A DNA stretch of 64,000 bases, taken from positions 39,866,001 through 39,930,000 of the forward strand of contig NC_088800.1 in NCBI RefSeq assembly GCF_011386835.1. Direction: 5' to 3'. The first letter of the stretch is position 1. Each line of letters starts with the position of its first letter. Under the pieces are notes generated by a model. It was not told the DNA's origin, made no database searches, and was given only the letters and a program-made list of their open reading frames with translations. Made by a program: the position numbers and the translations under genes. This document shows positions 25,901-38,277 of the stretch, one piece after another. This stretch comes from Chrysemys picta bellii (lineage: Eukaryota).

Positions 25901-28900
25901 GGTGCGGGAGGGGTACAGGCTCTGAGGGTTCTGGCTGGGGGGTACAGGCTGTGAGGGCTCTGGCGGGGGGGCGTACAGGCTCTGAGGTGGGGCTGGGAAT
26001 GAGGAGTTTGGGGTGCAGGAGGGGGCTCTGGGCTGGGGCCGAGGGGTTTGGAGTGCAGGAGGGAGCTATGGGCTTGGTAGGGGGTTGGGAGAGGGCTGGG
26101 GTAGGTGAGGGATGCTGGTTCTGGCTGGATGGCGCTTACCTCGGGTGCCTCCCGGAAGCGACTGGCATGTCCCTTCTGCTCCTAGGCTCAGGGGCAGCCA
26201 GGTGGCTCCTGCGCTGCCCCTGCCTGCATGCACCACTCCCGCAGCTCCCATTGGCTGTGATTCCCAGCCCGTGGGAGCTGCGGAGTTGGAGCTTGGGGTG
26301 GGGACAGCATGCAGAGACCCACTGCCCGCCGCTGCACCTAGGAGCCAGACATGCCGCCCGCTTCCGGGACCCACACGAAGCCAGGGCAAGTAGGAAGACT
26401 GCCTTAGCCCTGCTGCACCGCCAATTGGACTTTTAGCGGCCTATTAAAATCTCCCGGATTGCTTTCAATAGTCACTAGGAGATTGATGCTGATTCCAGTA
26501 GACTCCTGCCCAGTCTGGGAGGGTTGGCAATCCTAATCAGAAACTCATTGCCAAAATGGGATCTAACTGGTCCCTCTTGTTGGCCAACTCAGCAGAGTGT
26601 GTAGGAATCAGTGGGTCAAGGGGAGGGAGCTTCCTTCACCTAGAGATCATCCTTCTGTATCATGAGATACATCAGCCAGAGGAGCTGGCACTACTGTGGC
26701 CCATGCAGTACATGTTCAGTGGATGAAGAGAGGACTCCAGCCTTTGGGGATGTCAAACCTGCCATCTTTCACTAGCACCAAATCCACTTAAACAAACAAA
26801 ACAAATAATAAAAAAAAAATTTGGAGCATGACTCCTGGGCTGGTGGCAGAATTATTACTAGACCAGGTAGGCTGGAGGGGTTACATCATCTGGCTGCCAG
26901 AGCCAGGATCGGAGATGATGGTGAAGGATAGCCCACTGGGAAGCCTGAAATTGCTGCTCTGGGTGCTGTGGTGGCCTCCCTTCCCTTCCTCTGGTGCCAC
27001 CGCCAGGTTTCTTGTTTTGTCTCTGCCCAGACTAATCCCAGCTCACCCTGCTCTGGTGAACGCCATCATCCTGGTTCTGCACTCAGTGGCGGGCAGCACG
27101 CCCCTCCCAACTCCGGAGACCTCCTCACGCAGCATGCCTTCCAGCTCCTACAGGGACATGCCTGGTCAGTTTGCCTGTGTGAAGCATCCAGCTGTGTGTG
27201 CACATGGGGTAGATGAACTGCAGGATCTACAGACTAATCCAGGCAGTAACTGACCCTGAGCCTTCCAGGGGCAGGTGGAGCAGGAGGCCTAGTTTATTGA
27301 GTTAGTAATGTGCATCTGTTCTGGGACGTAATCTTTAGGGCAGAGAGAGAGGGATTTTCCTTCTCCTCTGACATATGCAGCGTTAAGTAGAACTCACTGA
27401 ATCCTCCAATTAGAGTGCAATAAAAAAGTTGCTGGGTGTGTTAGGCCTGCAACTATGAACCCTTCAGCTGCTGTAGGTCTTCTCCATCCCACTTAGGATC
27501 TGACCCTCTTCACCACTTGGGTGGGAATCCTCCAAGGAAAACCTAGGATGCTGGTGATTCATAGGTGGCACTCTTTCCTCTGAATCAGAACTAAACCAGT
27601 GTCCCACATAGCGGTCCTGGCCCTGTGCTGCTGAAGGCTGTGCCTTTTCCAATAAGACATAAAACACTTGTGAATATTAAAGATCCCATAGTTGGTTTGC
27701 GTGAGAAGAGGTGTTAGCTCCATTGTCCTGGCTGTATTCTAATTTGGGTAACTATGCTGCCTCCCTAAATTTCCTCTGTACTTTCACTAGAAAGTATTTT
27801 TCACTTCCCCATGTAGTGCACATTAATGTCACTGCATTCCACCCCAGAGGTGACTGCATTTTAATGGTGAGTGAGCAACCCTTATAAAACGCAGTCCATG
27901 AAGTGTCTTTCCCTGGGAGGCTGAGTGTTGTCTATCAGCTGGTTTGACCTCTCTGAAGGCATGGGAGATCTAACAGTCTCTGCTGGGAGGGTAAGTGGGA
28001 GCTGAGATTTTGTGTTGTCTGTGGTTTGAGAGATTTTCTCCACTTGAATGTGTTCTCTTCTCTGGGGCAGGTGGCTTTTTGTTTGAAGGTCTCTCTGATG
28101 ACGAAGATGATTTTCATCAGGTAATGTTAGTGGGGCAGGCGAGGGGTCTGGGTTTGGGGGATGGTTGCATTTAGAGGCACAGTAAAATCAGAGAATCTGG
28201 AGCTGCACCCTGGGCAGGGTGGTCTTGCAGTCAAAGCACTGGATTAGGGTTTGAGAGACCCAGGTTCAGCCCTTGGCTCTGCCACAGCCTCCTGTGTGAC
28301 CTTGAGCAAGTCGCTTCTTCTCCCAATGCCTCAGTTTCCCCATCTGTATTATTTAGGGCAGAGGTGGGCAAAGTACGGCCCGCGGGACCGTCCTGCCTGG
28401 CCCTTGAGCTCCCAGCCGGGGAGGCTCGCCCCGGGCCCCTCCCCTGCTGTCTCCCCACAACAGTACTTAGTTAGGCTCACGTAGTAAGAAATAAATAGGT
28501 CCAGCTCAGGGAATGGTGCTTCCCTGAATGCCAGCACCAAATACCATAGGAGGTGTGCAGCACCTTTGCCTGGATGTGAAGAGTGGGTGATGCATGTACT
28601 TCTTCTTCAGGGCAGCACTGCAGGTTTCTTTGCAGAGGAACAAGGTCTTGGTGGGGATGATTGTTTGATTATTCAGCAATGGGTGGGGAGGGACATCCTG
28701 CTTGACAGGGATCATTAAGCTGAGGTGATGTCCCAACCCATGGTCCGTTTACAGAACCACTGATAATGGCTAGTCAATCATTCCCTCCGTATAATACATC
28801 CAGTAACTGCAAGTGTCGGATCAAAGCCAACTCCCCTGACCCCCAACCCAGTGTTTTCTCTTTGTCTCCCTTCAGTTTGCCAGCACTGAGCCATGATCAA

Positions 28901-30323
28901 TAGATGGCCCAGACTGGCGGTGGCCCCAGCCACCTCTGAACTCTGGGTCTCTGTCACATTGTTTGTTTGAAGTTACTGACACCGCTGCAGTATGATCGTC
29001 CATTGCTGCATCTTTTCAGGGCTTCCAGTGTCTCTATAACAGCTATGATTAATATTGGGGGTTCTTAGCTGGTGACTCTGAAGGTTAACATTGAAAGGCA
29101 GGGGAGTTGGCAGGCCGAGCTGTGCAATGTTAGTTCTAAAGGTGGCTCTGATGGTGACTTCCTTGGAATCCTGAGCGCACCTTGAGTATCTTTGTGACAT
29201 AGAGGCTAACTCATGGGTTTTCTCTCGTCCCGGCAGAGCACAAGGTCCACGCCTTCCAGCAGCACTTCTGGGTCCCGCCCAGCATCACTCGGCTACACTG
29301 GGGCTGCCGGACCCCGGCCAATCACACAGAGTGAACTGGCAACTGCGTTGGCCCTGGCCAGCACGCCTGAGAGCAGCTCTCACACTCCTACCCCTGGCAC
29401 CCAGGTAGGGTAACAGCACAGCATCAGGGAACCCCTCTCTCAGATCACAAACTGCAGCGAGATACTGACTGCTGAGAGCCAGTCCCAGCTAACGGCCCTG
29501 AGACCTGACACTGGGCTAGCCCATTATGGCAGGAGTCTCCTCTGTACAGACTCCGGGAGGGAGAATGTTTGGGGTTGAGGAGACCCTTGTGGAGGAGGCA
29601 TTGCCCTGAAGATTGCTGTGTGGGCCAGTTAACATTACAGCTGTGTGTGGATCCCACTAGCATGGTCTCCTGTCTTCCAGGGTCACTCATCGGGCACCTC
29701 TCCGATGTCCTCCAGTGTCCAATCAGGAACTCCCATCACCAACGACCTCTTCAGCCAGGCCCTGCAGCATGCCCTGCAGGCATCTGGGCAGCCCGCCATG
29801 CAGGTCAGTAACTCAGTCTTGTCATTTCAGGGTTCTGTGACCCACCTCTCCACCCTGATTCCAGGAGCTATTGCAGGACAGGAAAGTCTTTCATTTGAAG
29901 TCCCGCGTTGCAGGCCACTCAGTATCCAAAGGTGGCTCAGTGGCTGGCCGGAGCTCCCAGCAGGAGGTGCTGTAGGGAATGATGCAGAAGCACTGGAGGT
30001 GGAGGGTTTGGGGCAGGACCGTGGGGTTGCTCCCAGCAGGAGGTGCTTAGATCCCAAGATGACAGAGGTGTAGAAATGCAGGAGGGAAAAGCTGCGGCTT
30101 TGCAGGCTGCGGAGGAGGGTAGGGAATAACTGTCGTTTCTCAGGTACTGAGTGATTCCCCTTAGCTGTCTCTCCTCTCTTTACAGAGCCAGTGGCAGCCA
30201 CAGCTGCAGCAACTGCGGGACATGGGCATACATGACGACGACCTGAGCCTCCGAGCCCTCCAGGCCACCGGAGGGGACATTCAGGCTGCCCTGGAGCTGA
30301 TATTTGCAGGCGGGGCGCCCTAA
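22730..30323 (+). CDS. UBL7: Ubiquitin-like protein 7 (UBL domain + C-terminal UBA), 380 aa, 10 coding exons
   Basis: join(22730-22913, 23440-23559, 24158-24240, 24404-24488, 25203-25260, 27031-27164, 28071-28120, 29237-29404, 29681-29803, 30186-30323) = 1143 nt. All junctions are GT-AG with consistent phases. The protein MSLSEWHIAVKLADQPLAPKSILRLPE...QAALELIFAGGAP* matches human UBL7 as I recall it, including its length. Confidence 0.96.
23440..23559 (+). CDS. UBL7: UBL7 exon 3
   Basis: DLIYCGRKLKDDQTLDFYGIQSGSTVHVLRKSWPEPDQKP; AG/GT bounded. Confidence 0.95.
24158..24240 (+). CDS. UBL7: UBL7 exon 4
   Basis: EPVDKVAAVREFRVLHTALHSSPAYRDA; AG/GT bounded. Confidence 0.95.
24404..24488 (+). 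CDS. UBL7: UBL7 exon 5
   Basis: VFKMLGNKESLDQIIVATPGLSSDPVAL; AG/GT bounded. Confidence 0.95.
25203..25260 (+). CDS. UBL7: UBL7 exon 6
   Basis: GVLQDKDLFSVFADPNMLDT; AG/GT bounded. Confidence 0.95.
25719..26535. mobile_element. Non-autonomous hAT element (tagggttgcca TIR family), 817 bp, in UBL7 intron 6
   Basis: TIRs tagggttgccaac / gttggcaatccta, with 8-bp TSD atccgaaa / atcagaaa (7/8). Confidence 0.8.
27031..27164 (+). CDS. UBL7: UBL7 exon 7
   Basis: LIPAHPALVNAIILVLHSVAGS...SYRDMP; AG/GT bounded. Confidence 0.95.
28071..28120 (+). CDS. UBL7: UBL7 exon 8
   Basis: GGFLFEGLSDDEDDFHQ; AG/GT bounded. Confidence 0.95.
28235..28335 (+). mobile_element. CORE-SINE (MIR-like) fragment in UBL7 intron 8
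   Basis: ggctctgccacagcctcctgtgtgaccttgagcaagtc...tgcctcagtttccccatctgta matches the MIR core. Confidence 0.75.
29237..29404 (+). CDS. UBL7: UBL7 exon 9
   Basis: STRSTPSSSTSGSRPASLGY...HTPTPGTQ; AG/GT bounded. Confidence 0.95.
29681..29803 (+). CDS. UBL7: UBL7 exon 10
   Basis: GHSSGTSPMSSSVQSGTPITNDLFSQALQHALQASGQPAMQ; AG/GT bounded. Confidence 0.95.
30186..30323 (+). CDS. UBL7: UBL7 exon 11 (UBA domain, stop)
   Basis: SQWQPQLQQLRDMGIHDDDLSLRALQATGGDIQAALELIFAGGAP*. Confidence 0.95.
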   Translation, partial: SQWQPQLQQLRDMGIHDDDLSLRALQATGGDIQAALELIFAGGAP

Positions 30324-30777
30324 CTCCCTGTGAGCGAGGGCAGAGTGGCATGTTTCAGAGATGCTGCTAGGTTAGGACGATTGTGAAGTTCCTCTCTCCG
30401 ATCCCCACCTCAGCCCTGAAACACTTGGACAGAACTGAGCGTCACTCTTGCCCTGGGCAGTGTAGGGGACTCTCCCCTGCCTTGTCGGGATGCAGTTGAT
30501 GGCAGAGGAGATGATGCACTACGCTGGGATGGGAACTCTGACTCAGAACTCAGAGAGGTTCTTCCTACTGCACTCCCCTGGGCTATAGCCACCACAGGCA
30601 AGATCACTGGATTTCTGTACAGCCACAGGAAAAGAGCAACAGCCCCCTGAACCAGGAGATACTGCAAAGCCACAGCTGCTCCCACGAGGCATCTGCCAAC
30701 TCCCTCTCCTGCTTGTACTTCCATTCCTGCCACCCTAGAAAGCCTCGGTCTCTTTTAGTTCATCAGTGTTTGAGTCT

Positions 30778-30783
30778 AATAAA
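30778..30783 (+). terminator. UBL7 poly(A) signal
   Basis: First AATAAA 455 nt after the stop, followed by a GT-rich stretch. Confidence 0.65.
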
Positions 30784-31470
30784 GCTGAACCTCTCCACTT
30801 GTCTGTCATTGGAATTGTGAGCCGGTAGATTTCAGAGCTAGCCTGAGTGGTTGTTGGGTGGGAGGCCTCCAAGAATAAGCTAGGCTGCTGGAGGAAGTAC
30901 TGCCGATAATTCAGCTGGGGGTGCTCTTCCCCTGGAGACCATGCTGAGCCAATGTCCCTGGGTGATGTCAGAGGTGCTGTCTCTTGACTGAAATGTTCCA
31001 AGATGATCATTTGTGTGATTAAAACGGGGGGAGGGGGGTCCTCATAACAACATGTAGCAGTTACATCCCACTTCTCATCTGCAAAGCCCTTTGCAATCAC
31101 TGATTGATCCTCACATAATCCCTGGGAAGTAGGCGAAAGCAGGGAAGGACAGGAACTGGCTAAAATCCAGGAGGAATAATTCCATTCTGCCCACTGAAAG
31201 TTCTCTCCTTGCTTTCCAGGGATATGCTCTTCCTACTCGTTTTCTGCTCTTAACTTGGTGCTGGTGTCATTATAGTGGCTGCCATATTCCACCCCACCAA
31301 AACATGCAAGGGATATGCAAGCGGGTGCAAGTGCAAAGAGAAAGATGCCACAGCTGCTGAGCACCCTGCATTACCAGCCATTTCTGGAAACGTGGGCCTT
31401 TGTGTTAAGTGAATACGAGCTTTTGGCCTCGTCAGCAGGAGGGGTTGTACAGGCAGCTGTATTGAGGAGA

Positions 31471-32180
31471 GTATCAGAGGGGTAGCCGTGTTAGTCTGGA
31501 TCTGTAAAATCTGTTAAGTCTTAAAAGGTGCCACAGGACTCTGTTGCTTTTTACAGATCCAGACTAACACGGCTACCCCTCTGATACTTGACACCATGCA
31601 AGGCACTGCATTTAGCCGTATGGAATGGAAATCTATCAACCTATCTGTTAGTCTTAAAGGTGCCACAGGACTCTCTGTTGCTTTGTATTAAGGAGAGACT
31701 CAGTACCCTACAGCATGAGATTCCCTCTTCAGCTGAGACCTGCCCCCACCAGCTGTGGGGAACCAGTTTGGAATTTGAAGAACAGGAGTACTTGTGGAAC
31801 CTTAGAGACTAACAAATTTATTTGAGCAGAAGCTTTTGTGGGCTAAAGCCCACTTCATCAATCACATTCACAAAAATGTGATTGGATTATTCCCAGGAGG
31901 TGGTGCAGTAGCACACAGCCACCACAGGGTGGCAGTAAAGGCACATCACATCGGAGGTGCACTAATTTGTTACAGAGTAGCAGCCGTGTTAGTCTGTATC
32001 CGCAAAAAGAAGAACAGGAGGACTTGTGGCACCTTAGAGACTAACAAATTTGTTAGTCTCTAAGGTGCCACAAGTCCTCCTGTTCTTCTTTTTACTAATT
32101 TGTTAGTCTCTAAGGTGCCACAAGTACTCCTGTTCTTCTTTTTGCGGATACAGACTAACACGGCTGCTACTCTGAAACCA
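31471..32180. mobile_element. Cluster of Penelope-like fold-back fragments from at least two subfamilies
   Basis: 39-bp perfect inverted arms at 31471-31509 and 31549-31587; a fragment at 31778-31860 with a minus-strand TGATGA..stem II motif; a 90-bp perfect palindrome at 32004-32093; and a direct copy of the consensus tail at 32098-32180. Confidence 0.7.
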
Positions 32181-32809
32181 GTAATCAGAGGACCTCAAAG
32201 GCTTTTACCACGCTCCTGCAGGGAGGAAAATATCCCTGTTCTCATAGGAGAGAATCTGGGTACAGAAGAGCCCAGGCCAGTGTTTTCAGGAATGGCCCCT
32301 GGTTTTAGTTGCCCAACTGGAGAACAGTTTGGAGCCGACTTTCATAGTCAATTCATTGAATGTCACAGTAAGTGAAGTCAATGGCCATTGTGGTTGCTTT
32401 GGAACCCTGAAAATCGGGCCCTAGGTATCTCAAGGTGGTCCCCCAAAATAAGTAGACACTTGAACATATGGGCTTCACTGATGTGTACCCATGGGGAGTC
32501 CCTGGTAGAGCTCAGGTCTCCTGCCTCCTAGGCCCCTGCTGAGACCTTAATGTGTGCCTATTTCACTTTTTTAAAGTGCTCTGCAAATATTAACATGGTT
32601 TTGTCCATCACACAAAGGCAAATGCTGGATTACTTGGCACAGTGCAATCTGTTGCCCACTGCTTTTAATCCATTCTAGTTTATTAGATGTCTCAGGAGAT
32701 AGGGGGTCGCATCACTTCCCTTGAAATGCAACCTAGGAGATCTCAGCATTGGCCATCGGATTGGGATGTACAAATACTTGATTTATCCTGTCTGATTACT
32801 GCCCTAACT

Positions 32810-33107
32810 GGGTGAAATTCTACTGGCCTCTGTTAGACAGGAAGTCAGAGTGGATGATCATAATGGTCCTTTCTAGCCTTAAAATCTATTAATCTAATTC
32901 CTCTCTGTGGCTTTTAACCCCTCATATAGGTGTAGATAGCATCCTACCTCCCTTACCCTCCATGGAGGATATCTTGATTTTGTTTTGAAAGAATGGTAGA
33001 ATATAAGGACGGCCAAAGGTCCATCTAGCCCAGTATCCTGTCTTCTGACAGTGGCCAATGCCAGGTGCTTCAGAGGAAATGAACAGAACAGGCAATCATC
33101 AAGTGAT
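32810..33107. mobile_element. Two CR1 3'-end fragments (plus ~32810-32897; minus ~32990-33107)
   Basis: gatgatcataatggtcctttctagccttaaaatctat, and the reverse complement of the turtle CR1 3'UTR (ctgttctgttcatt.cctctgaagcacctggcattggccactgtcagaagacagg). Confidence 0.7.
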
Positions 33108-34412
33108 CAATGTTCCCAAGTCAGTTTCTCATTACTAGTTTGTGTTTCTTTTCTCTGAACTCCCTCTCGTTTGTTGACGTCATCTTGGTCCTGAGAACTG
33201 CATATGATTGTTCCAGATATGGTATCACCAGTGTCACCAAGAGGGACTCGGCCCCAACTTCCTTTCTCTACAATGTTGTGGCTGCACGTGAGCTGCACAG
33301 AATCCCAGTGGCTGCAAAAAATCACAAGCGTGTCTGTAATTTGCTGTCTACCCACCCTCCTCAGTCATTGACCATAGCTACTTTCCAGCAAGCTCTCTCC
33401 CCGTTCATGCTAGTTTGGGTTGAAATTTTTCTGCTCTTATTAAAGGTGCATGTGCCCAAGGTGTAAAGAGAGGAGAGACAGCTAAGGGGAATCACTCAGT
33501 ACCTGAGAAACGACAGATCTTCCCATTGTACTAATCTCTAAGATCCTATAATTTCTTGCTCTTCCTGGATGATGCAGTCACCTGCTTTACTTCCTGTTAT
33601 GTACATCTGTGTTAAAGGGGGCTGAACAGTATATTTTTACATATATTGCTGCCTACGTTTCCTCCTACGTTGAGGTTTGGCACATGATCTCCAATGGGCT
33701 GAGTTATTTGCTAGTCAAATGTTCGTAGACCTACCTGCCCCAGCATGGGCTGGCTTGCTCATAGGATTTTTGAAACGTGTTCATTTGATCATACAATTTC
33801 AGTTGGTGCTAGCAGCTCTTCAGTTAACTCTGTGGTATGGGGCTACCTCAGGGTCTCTTGCTGTAAGCATGTTTCACCAGGGACTTCTCATTTTTGGCAT
33901 CAAAGTGAATCTGACTGGTTAAGTTTCTGACTGCCCCCATCAACATCACGCCACGGGAGAGTAGGGAGAGCAAAATGGCCCTCGGGTGTGTTATCAGTTG
34001 GTAGCAGCTGTTTCCATCTTTATCTCTGAATATCCTTTTCTTCACCACTGCATACTGGGGCCGCCTGTCACTGACCTTGTCTTTCTTGGAAGGGCAGGTC
34101 TGAGTGCCTGTTCTTGGGCAGCTATCCTGGATCATGGCCCAGCCGATTTCCTGGTTGCCAGACCCACTCTGTGATGTTGTCTGGCTATTATCCACCCTCC
34201 CCACCACATTTCACCTTGCTGGTTAGGAACATCCCACGGCATGGCTGGCCTCCCTGGCCAAGGACACGTCATTCGGTGACAAGAAGGAGATTTGGAGAAG
34301 GTGACATTGCAAACGGAGCAGAATGGAGATGTGAATGTCTTTGCTTCGCTGTCACAGTGGCTTCCTTCCACCACCCACCCCCATCAATTTATGCCTCCAC
34401 CTATCCACAGCC

Positions 34413-34536
34413 TAGGGTGACCAGATGTCCCAATTTTATAGGGACAGTCCTGATTTTTGGGTCTTTTTCTTATATAGGCTCCTATTACCCCCCATCCCCT
34501 GTTCCCATTTTTCACATTTGCTGTCTAGTCACCCTA
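34413..34536. mobile_element. hAT MITE (tagggtgaccaga family), 124 bp
   Basis: TIRs tagggtgaccaga / tctagtcacccta, with TSD ccacagcc / ccccagcc (7/8). Confidence 0.75.
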
Positions 34537-35093
34537 CCCCAGCCTCATCCGCTTCCTGCATGATGCTGGGACCTCACCAGAGGCAGTGCAGGAGCAACCA
34601 GCCTCATCTTGATGCCCACACCATGAATGCTGCCTGCAGTTTTGGCCGCCCCATCTCAAAAAAGAGAGATTGGAATTAGAAAAAGTACAGAGAAGGGCAT
34701 CAAAAGTTATTAGGGGGATGGAACAGCTTCCAGAGGAGGAGAGATTAAAAAGACAGAGACTGTTCAGCTCGGAAAAGAGACAACAAAGGGGGGGAATGTG
34801 ATAGAGCTCTATGGACTCATGCTTGGTGTGGAGAAGGTGAACAAGGAAGTGTTATTTACCCCTTCACATAACACAAGAATCAGGGATCACCCTATGAAAT
34901 TAATAGGTGACAGCGTTAAAACAAACAGAAGGAAGTACTTGTTCACACAATGCACAGTCAACCTGCAGAACTCATTCCCAGGGGATGTTTGGAAGGCCAA
35001 AAGTCTAATGGGGCTCAGAAAAGAATTAGATCAGTTCCTGGAAAATAGGTCCATCAATGGCTCTTAGCCAAGATGGGCAGGAATGCAACTCCA

Positions 35094-36030
35094 TGTGATA
35101 GGGCATACTCTCCCCCCAATAGCCCCGAGAGAGCTGATTTAGGCCATGTGTGCCCAATCAGCCAGTTAGGCTGCAAATGGGAGGAGACTGAAGCTGGAGG
35201 AAGCTAATTAGATGAAGGCTCGCCTGTGAGGGAACAGGTGGGGCTTCTGCAAAGCCAGGAGGCTGGCAAGCAGCAGGGAGGAAGCCTGCAGTCGTCCTCC
35301 TGGGGTAAGGGAGAAAAAGCCTGGTAGGAAGGTGTCTGGCCGGGGTGAGAGCAGTAAGGTGATGGCGATGCAGACCATAATTATTCACTAGAGGGCCCTG
35401 GAGTGGAACCCAGAGTACAGGGCAGGTCTGGGTTCCAGCTCCAACCACTGCAGAGTGGCACTGTTTGGGGGCCATGAACAGGAAGACTGCCTGGGCCCTG
35501 TTGGAGTGCAGGGCCGGCTCCAGCTTTTTTGCCGCTCCAAGCGGCAAAGAAAAAAAAAAGAAAAGCCCAATTGAGCGGAGCGATTAAGCTGCTGCTGAAG
35601 AGGAAGCGAGACACTGAAGGACCCACCGCCCAATTGCTACCGCAGACCCAGACGTGCCGCCCCAACAAGGGACGGACTGCCGCCCCTTTCTATTGACTAT
35701 CCCAGGCACCTGCTTCCTTCGCTGGTGCCTGGAGCCGGCCCTGTTGGAGTGCCAGGGTCAGGGTCCATGAGGACTGCCTGATGCCACGTGGACAGAAGAG
35801 GCTTTGAAAGCCTACCCCGGAAGGGGAACCATTTAGTGATCTGGCCAGAGGGCTACGTCACAGAGGGGCTGCAGCGGCTACTGGAGCGAGACAGGGGCTG
35901 CAAACAGAGAGAGAGGCAAAAGGACAGGATGCAACTGCAGGAAGAGGCATCGACCTTGCGAGCTATTTCCCAAAGCAGCCAAGTGGAGATGCCATCCCAG
36001 TGCTGAGTAGAGCACCCCCCACGCATCATA
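35094..36030. mobile_element. Solo LTR inserted in CR1
   Basis: Starts tgtgat and ends atcata (cf. atcaca). Flanks tcca / ccca (3/4). It interrupts otherwise contiguous CR1 sequence. Confidence 0.6.
35509..35743. mobile_element. hAT MITE, 235 bp, nested in the solo LTR
   Basis: Perfect 14-bp TIRs cagggccggctcca / tggagccggccctg and perfect 8-bp TSD ttggagtg. Confidence 0.9.
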
Positions 36031-36827
36031 CCCAATGCTCTGGGTGTCCCTAAACCTTTTACTGCTAGAAACAGGGACTGGATAATGGGATGGATCACTC
36101 GATAAATTGCCTGGTCTGTTCATTCCCTCTGAAGCACTTGGCACTGGCCATTGTCAGAAGACCAGATAGTGGGCTAGATGGACCATCAGTCTGATGTAGA
36201 GTGGCCACTCCTGTGTTCTCCTGATCAGTCACAAGAAAAAGTAGTGTTTCCGGCAGCATGCAGAAACCACGATGCTTCTGCTTTTTGTGGCTTATTGGAG
36301 TGAATCTGAAATCCAACGTTTCAGTCCCCTAAGACCGGATTTCTGATGTAAAACAGGAAGGTCCCCTATTAGCAAGAGGCTGAGATGTTTCCCCCCCATG
36401 GTCTCCTGAGAGAGCCCTGGTTCCTCCCCTTCTACTGCAGCCTGCCATAGAAGGGGTTTGGCTGCACTGCTGAGACACTGGAGCCATTTGGAGTCGTTGT
36501 CCCCGTCCTCCTCCCCCCCGCCCCTGCTCTGCATTTCCCTACTGGCATCAGGACTTGAGTGCAAACACGTGGATCACTTTATCATGACATGCCTTGAGCA
36601 CTAGTCAGGACTCCTGCTCCCTTCCGCCTGCAGGGGGATTGGATGGGTCAGCTGGCAAAGGCAGATGTGGGGCCAGCAGCAGTGGTCTCTCCCAGAGAGT
36701 TCTCCATGCAGGTGTTCTGCCAGGAATCGGGGGAAGCAAAGGGATTTAGCTGAGCCTCTCTCTATGCCACATAGACTGCGATGGTGGTTCCCAGCCCTAG
36801 TTTCTTGATCTTGGCCAGGTCCTACAG

Positions 36828-37004
36828 CAGGGATAGTCAATTTTTTTTTCCCCAAGGTCCAAATTTCTTGGTCAAGGTCCATACTTCAGAGAACATAATA
36901 AAACAACAACAACAACGATAATAAGCAAATAAAGATTTTGGGGTCCATTCAAAAGTGTCTGGTGGTCTGGATTTGGCCCACAGTCTGCCTATTGACTACC
37001 CCTG
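36828..37004. mobile_element. hAT MITE, 177 bp
   Basis: TIRs cagggatagtcaat / attgactacccctg, with TSD tcctacag / tcgtacag (7/8). Confidence 0.8.
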
Positions 37005-38277
37005 TCGTACAGTGATTGAGGCTCTACCTGAGCCAGACAGGCTGCAGTGCTGCTGAGAGCTGCTTACATGGAGGTTAAGTAATGTCCCTACTGCTGCATG
37101 TGTACCTGCAAAGGCGCTTTGTTGTGTTCTCTGGCGGCTAGCTAGGAACAGAGCCTCTGCAAGGCTGCCCCCTCAAGGTGGCTCTGCTCACAGGAGAGGC
37201 AAGGCTGGCAGGGGGGAGCTACTCCTGGAGGGGAAGGAATCGGGGCACAGACCAGTCACCAAGGCCATTAGGGCAGTGAGGGGCTGGGAGTGGGGCCCTT
37301 CTCCAGCAGTCACAGCACTCCAACAGAGCTGGCCTTGAGGGTCTGCAAAGCTGCCCTGAGCAGCCCCAGGAGGCCACGGCAGGGGGATTGTTGCTGGATC
37401 CCCTTCTGTCTGGAGAAATGAGCGCTTTAATCAATGCTGGTTTCTGGCATCAAATACCTCATAAATATCACATGCAACAGGGCCGAGGGACTTCCCGGTC
37501 CCTCCCACCAGGCCCCAGGTCATGATGTCTCCTGTCCCCTTGTCATCTCTGATGTTACCTGACTGTCCCATCCCAGAATCTTCTCCACTGCCATGGGCTG
37601 GAATTGCATCATTTAGGCTAGCTGCTCTGGTCGGCAGCAGGAGCAGCAGTGGGATGGAGTCCCTCCAGGACCTCCTCTCCAGATCTGCAGCAGGGACCAT
37701 TTCTGAAGGTCAGCACCAACCAGCAGAGATGGGGAGGGGAATGGGGAGAAATGCTTTTGGGACCCGGCGTGGGAGATTTTCCTCTTTGGGGTGGCTCTTG
37801 TCCCCAAATATAATAAGAATATGGGCAAGGGTTGGGGCGATCCCCAAGGAGAGACCCTGGATGGGGGTGGGTAGCACCCACCAGGTAGGGCTGTGGTGGG
37901 GGCATCCCTCACAAACCCAACCTGGGTATGGGTGGGGTAATCACCCCCTAGGAGGTACCCAGGTGGTGGGGGACAGCAGCCCCTGTGGATCCAGGCTGTG
38001 GGCAGGGCAGGCTTGTCAGTTGCCAAATCATCCCAGGGGTCTCCCATCCACAGTGAGCTAATGCAGCCTCCCCAGCTGGGCTCTGCCTGGAGCCCTTGTC
38101 CCTCCTGGCTCAGTCTGAGACCCCCTGGCAGTGGGACCCGGGCACTGTTTGCAGCTCCCTGAGGCAGGACGGGGTCTGTCCCCCAGGGCTGGGCTGGTGC
38201 TTTTGTGAACTGAAGTTCGGTTGATGGAATTGTTTTACTATAAGTCTGTAATACTAAATTGTGCTTTGGATTTGTTT

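Larger units (their letters stand above)
34598..36215 (+). mobile_element. CR1 LINE 3' portion split by a solo LTR (CR1 parts ~34598-35093 and ~36035-36215)
   Basis: CR1 ORF2 C-terminus remnants. The 3'UTR gcaactcca|...|tgctctgggtgtccctaaacc rejoins once 35094-36030 is removed. Confidence 0.75.

Noticed and set aside
31973-32180. CRISPR-like repeat array
   Set aside because: Eukaryotic context. The repeats are inverted, of unequal extent, without unique spacers, and belong to a dispersed retroelement family.
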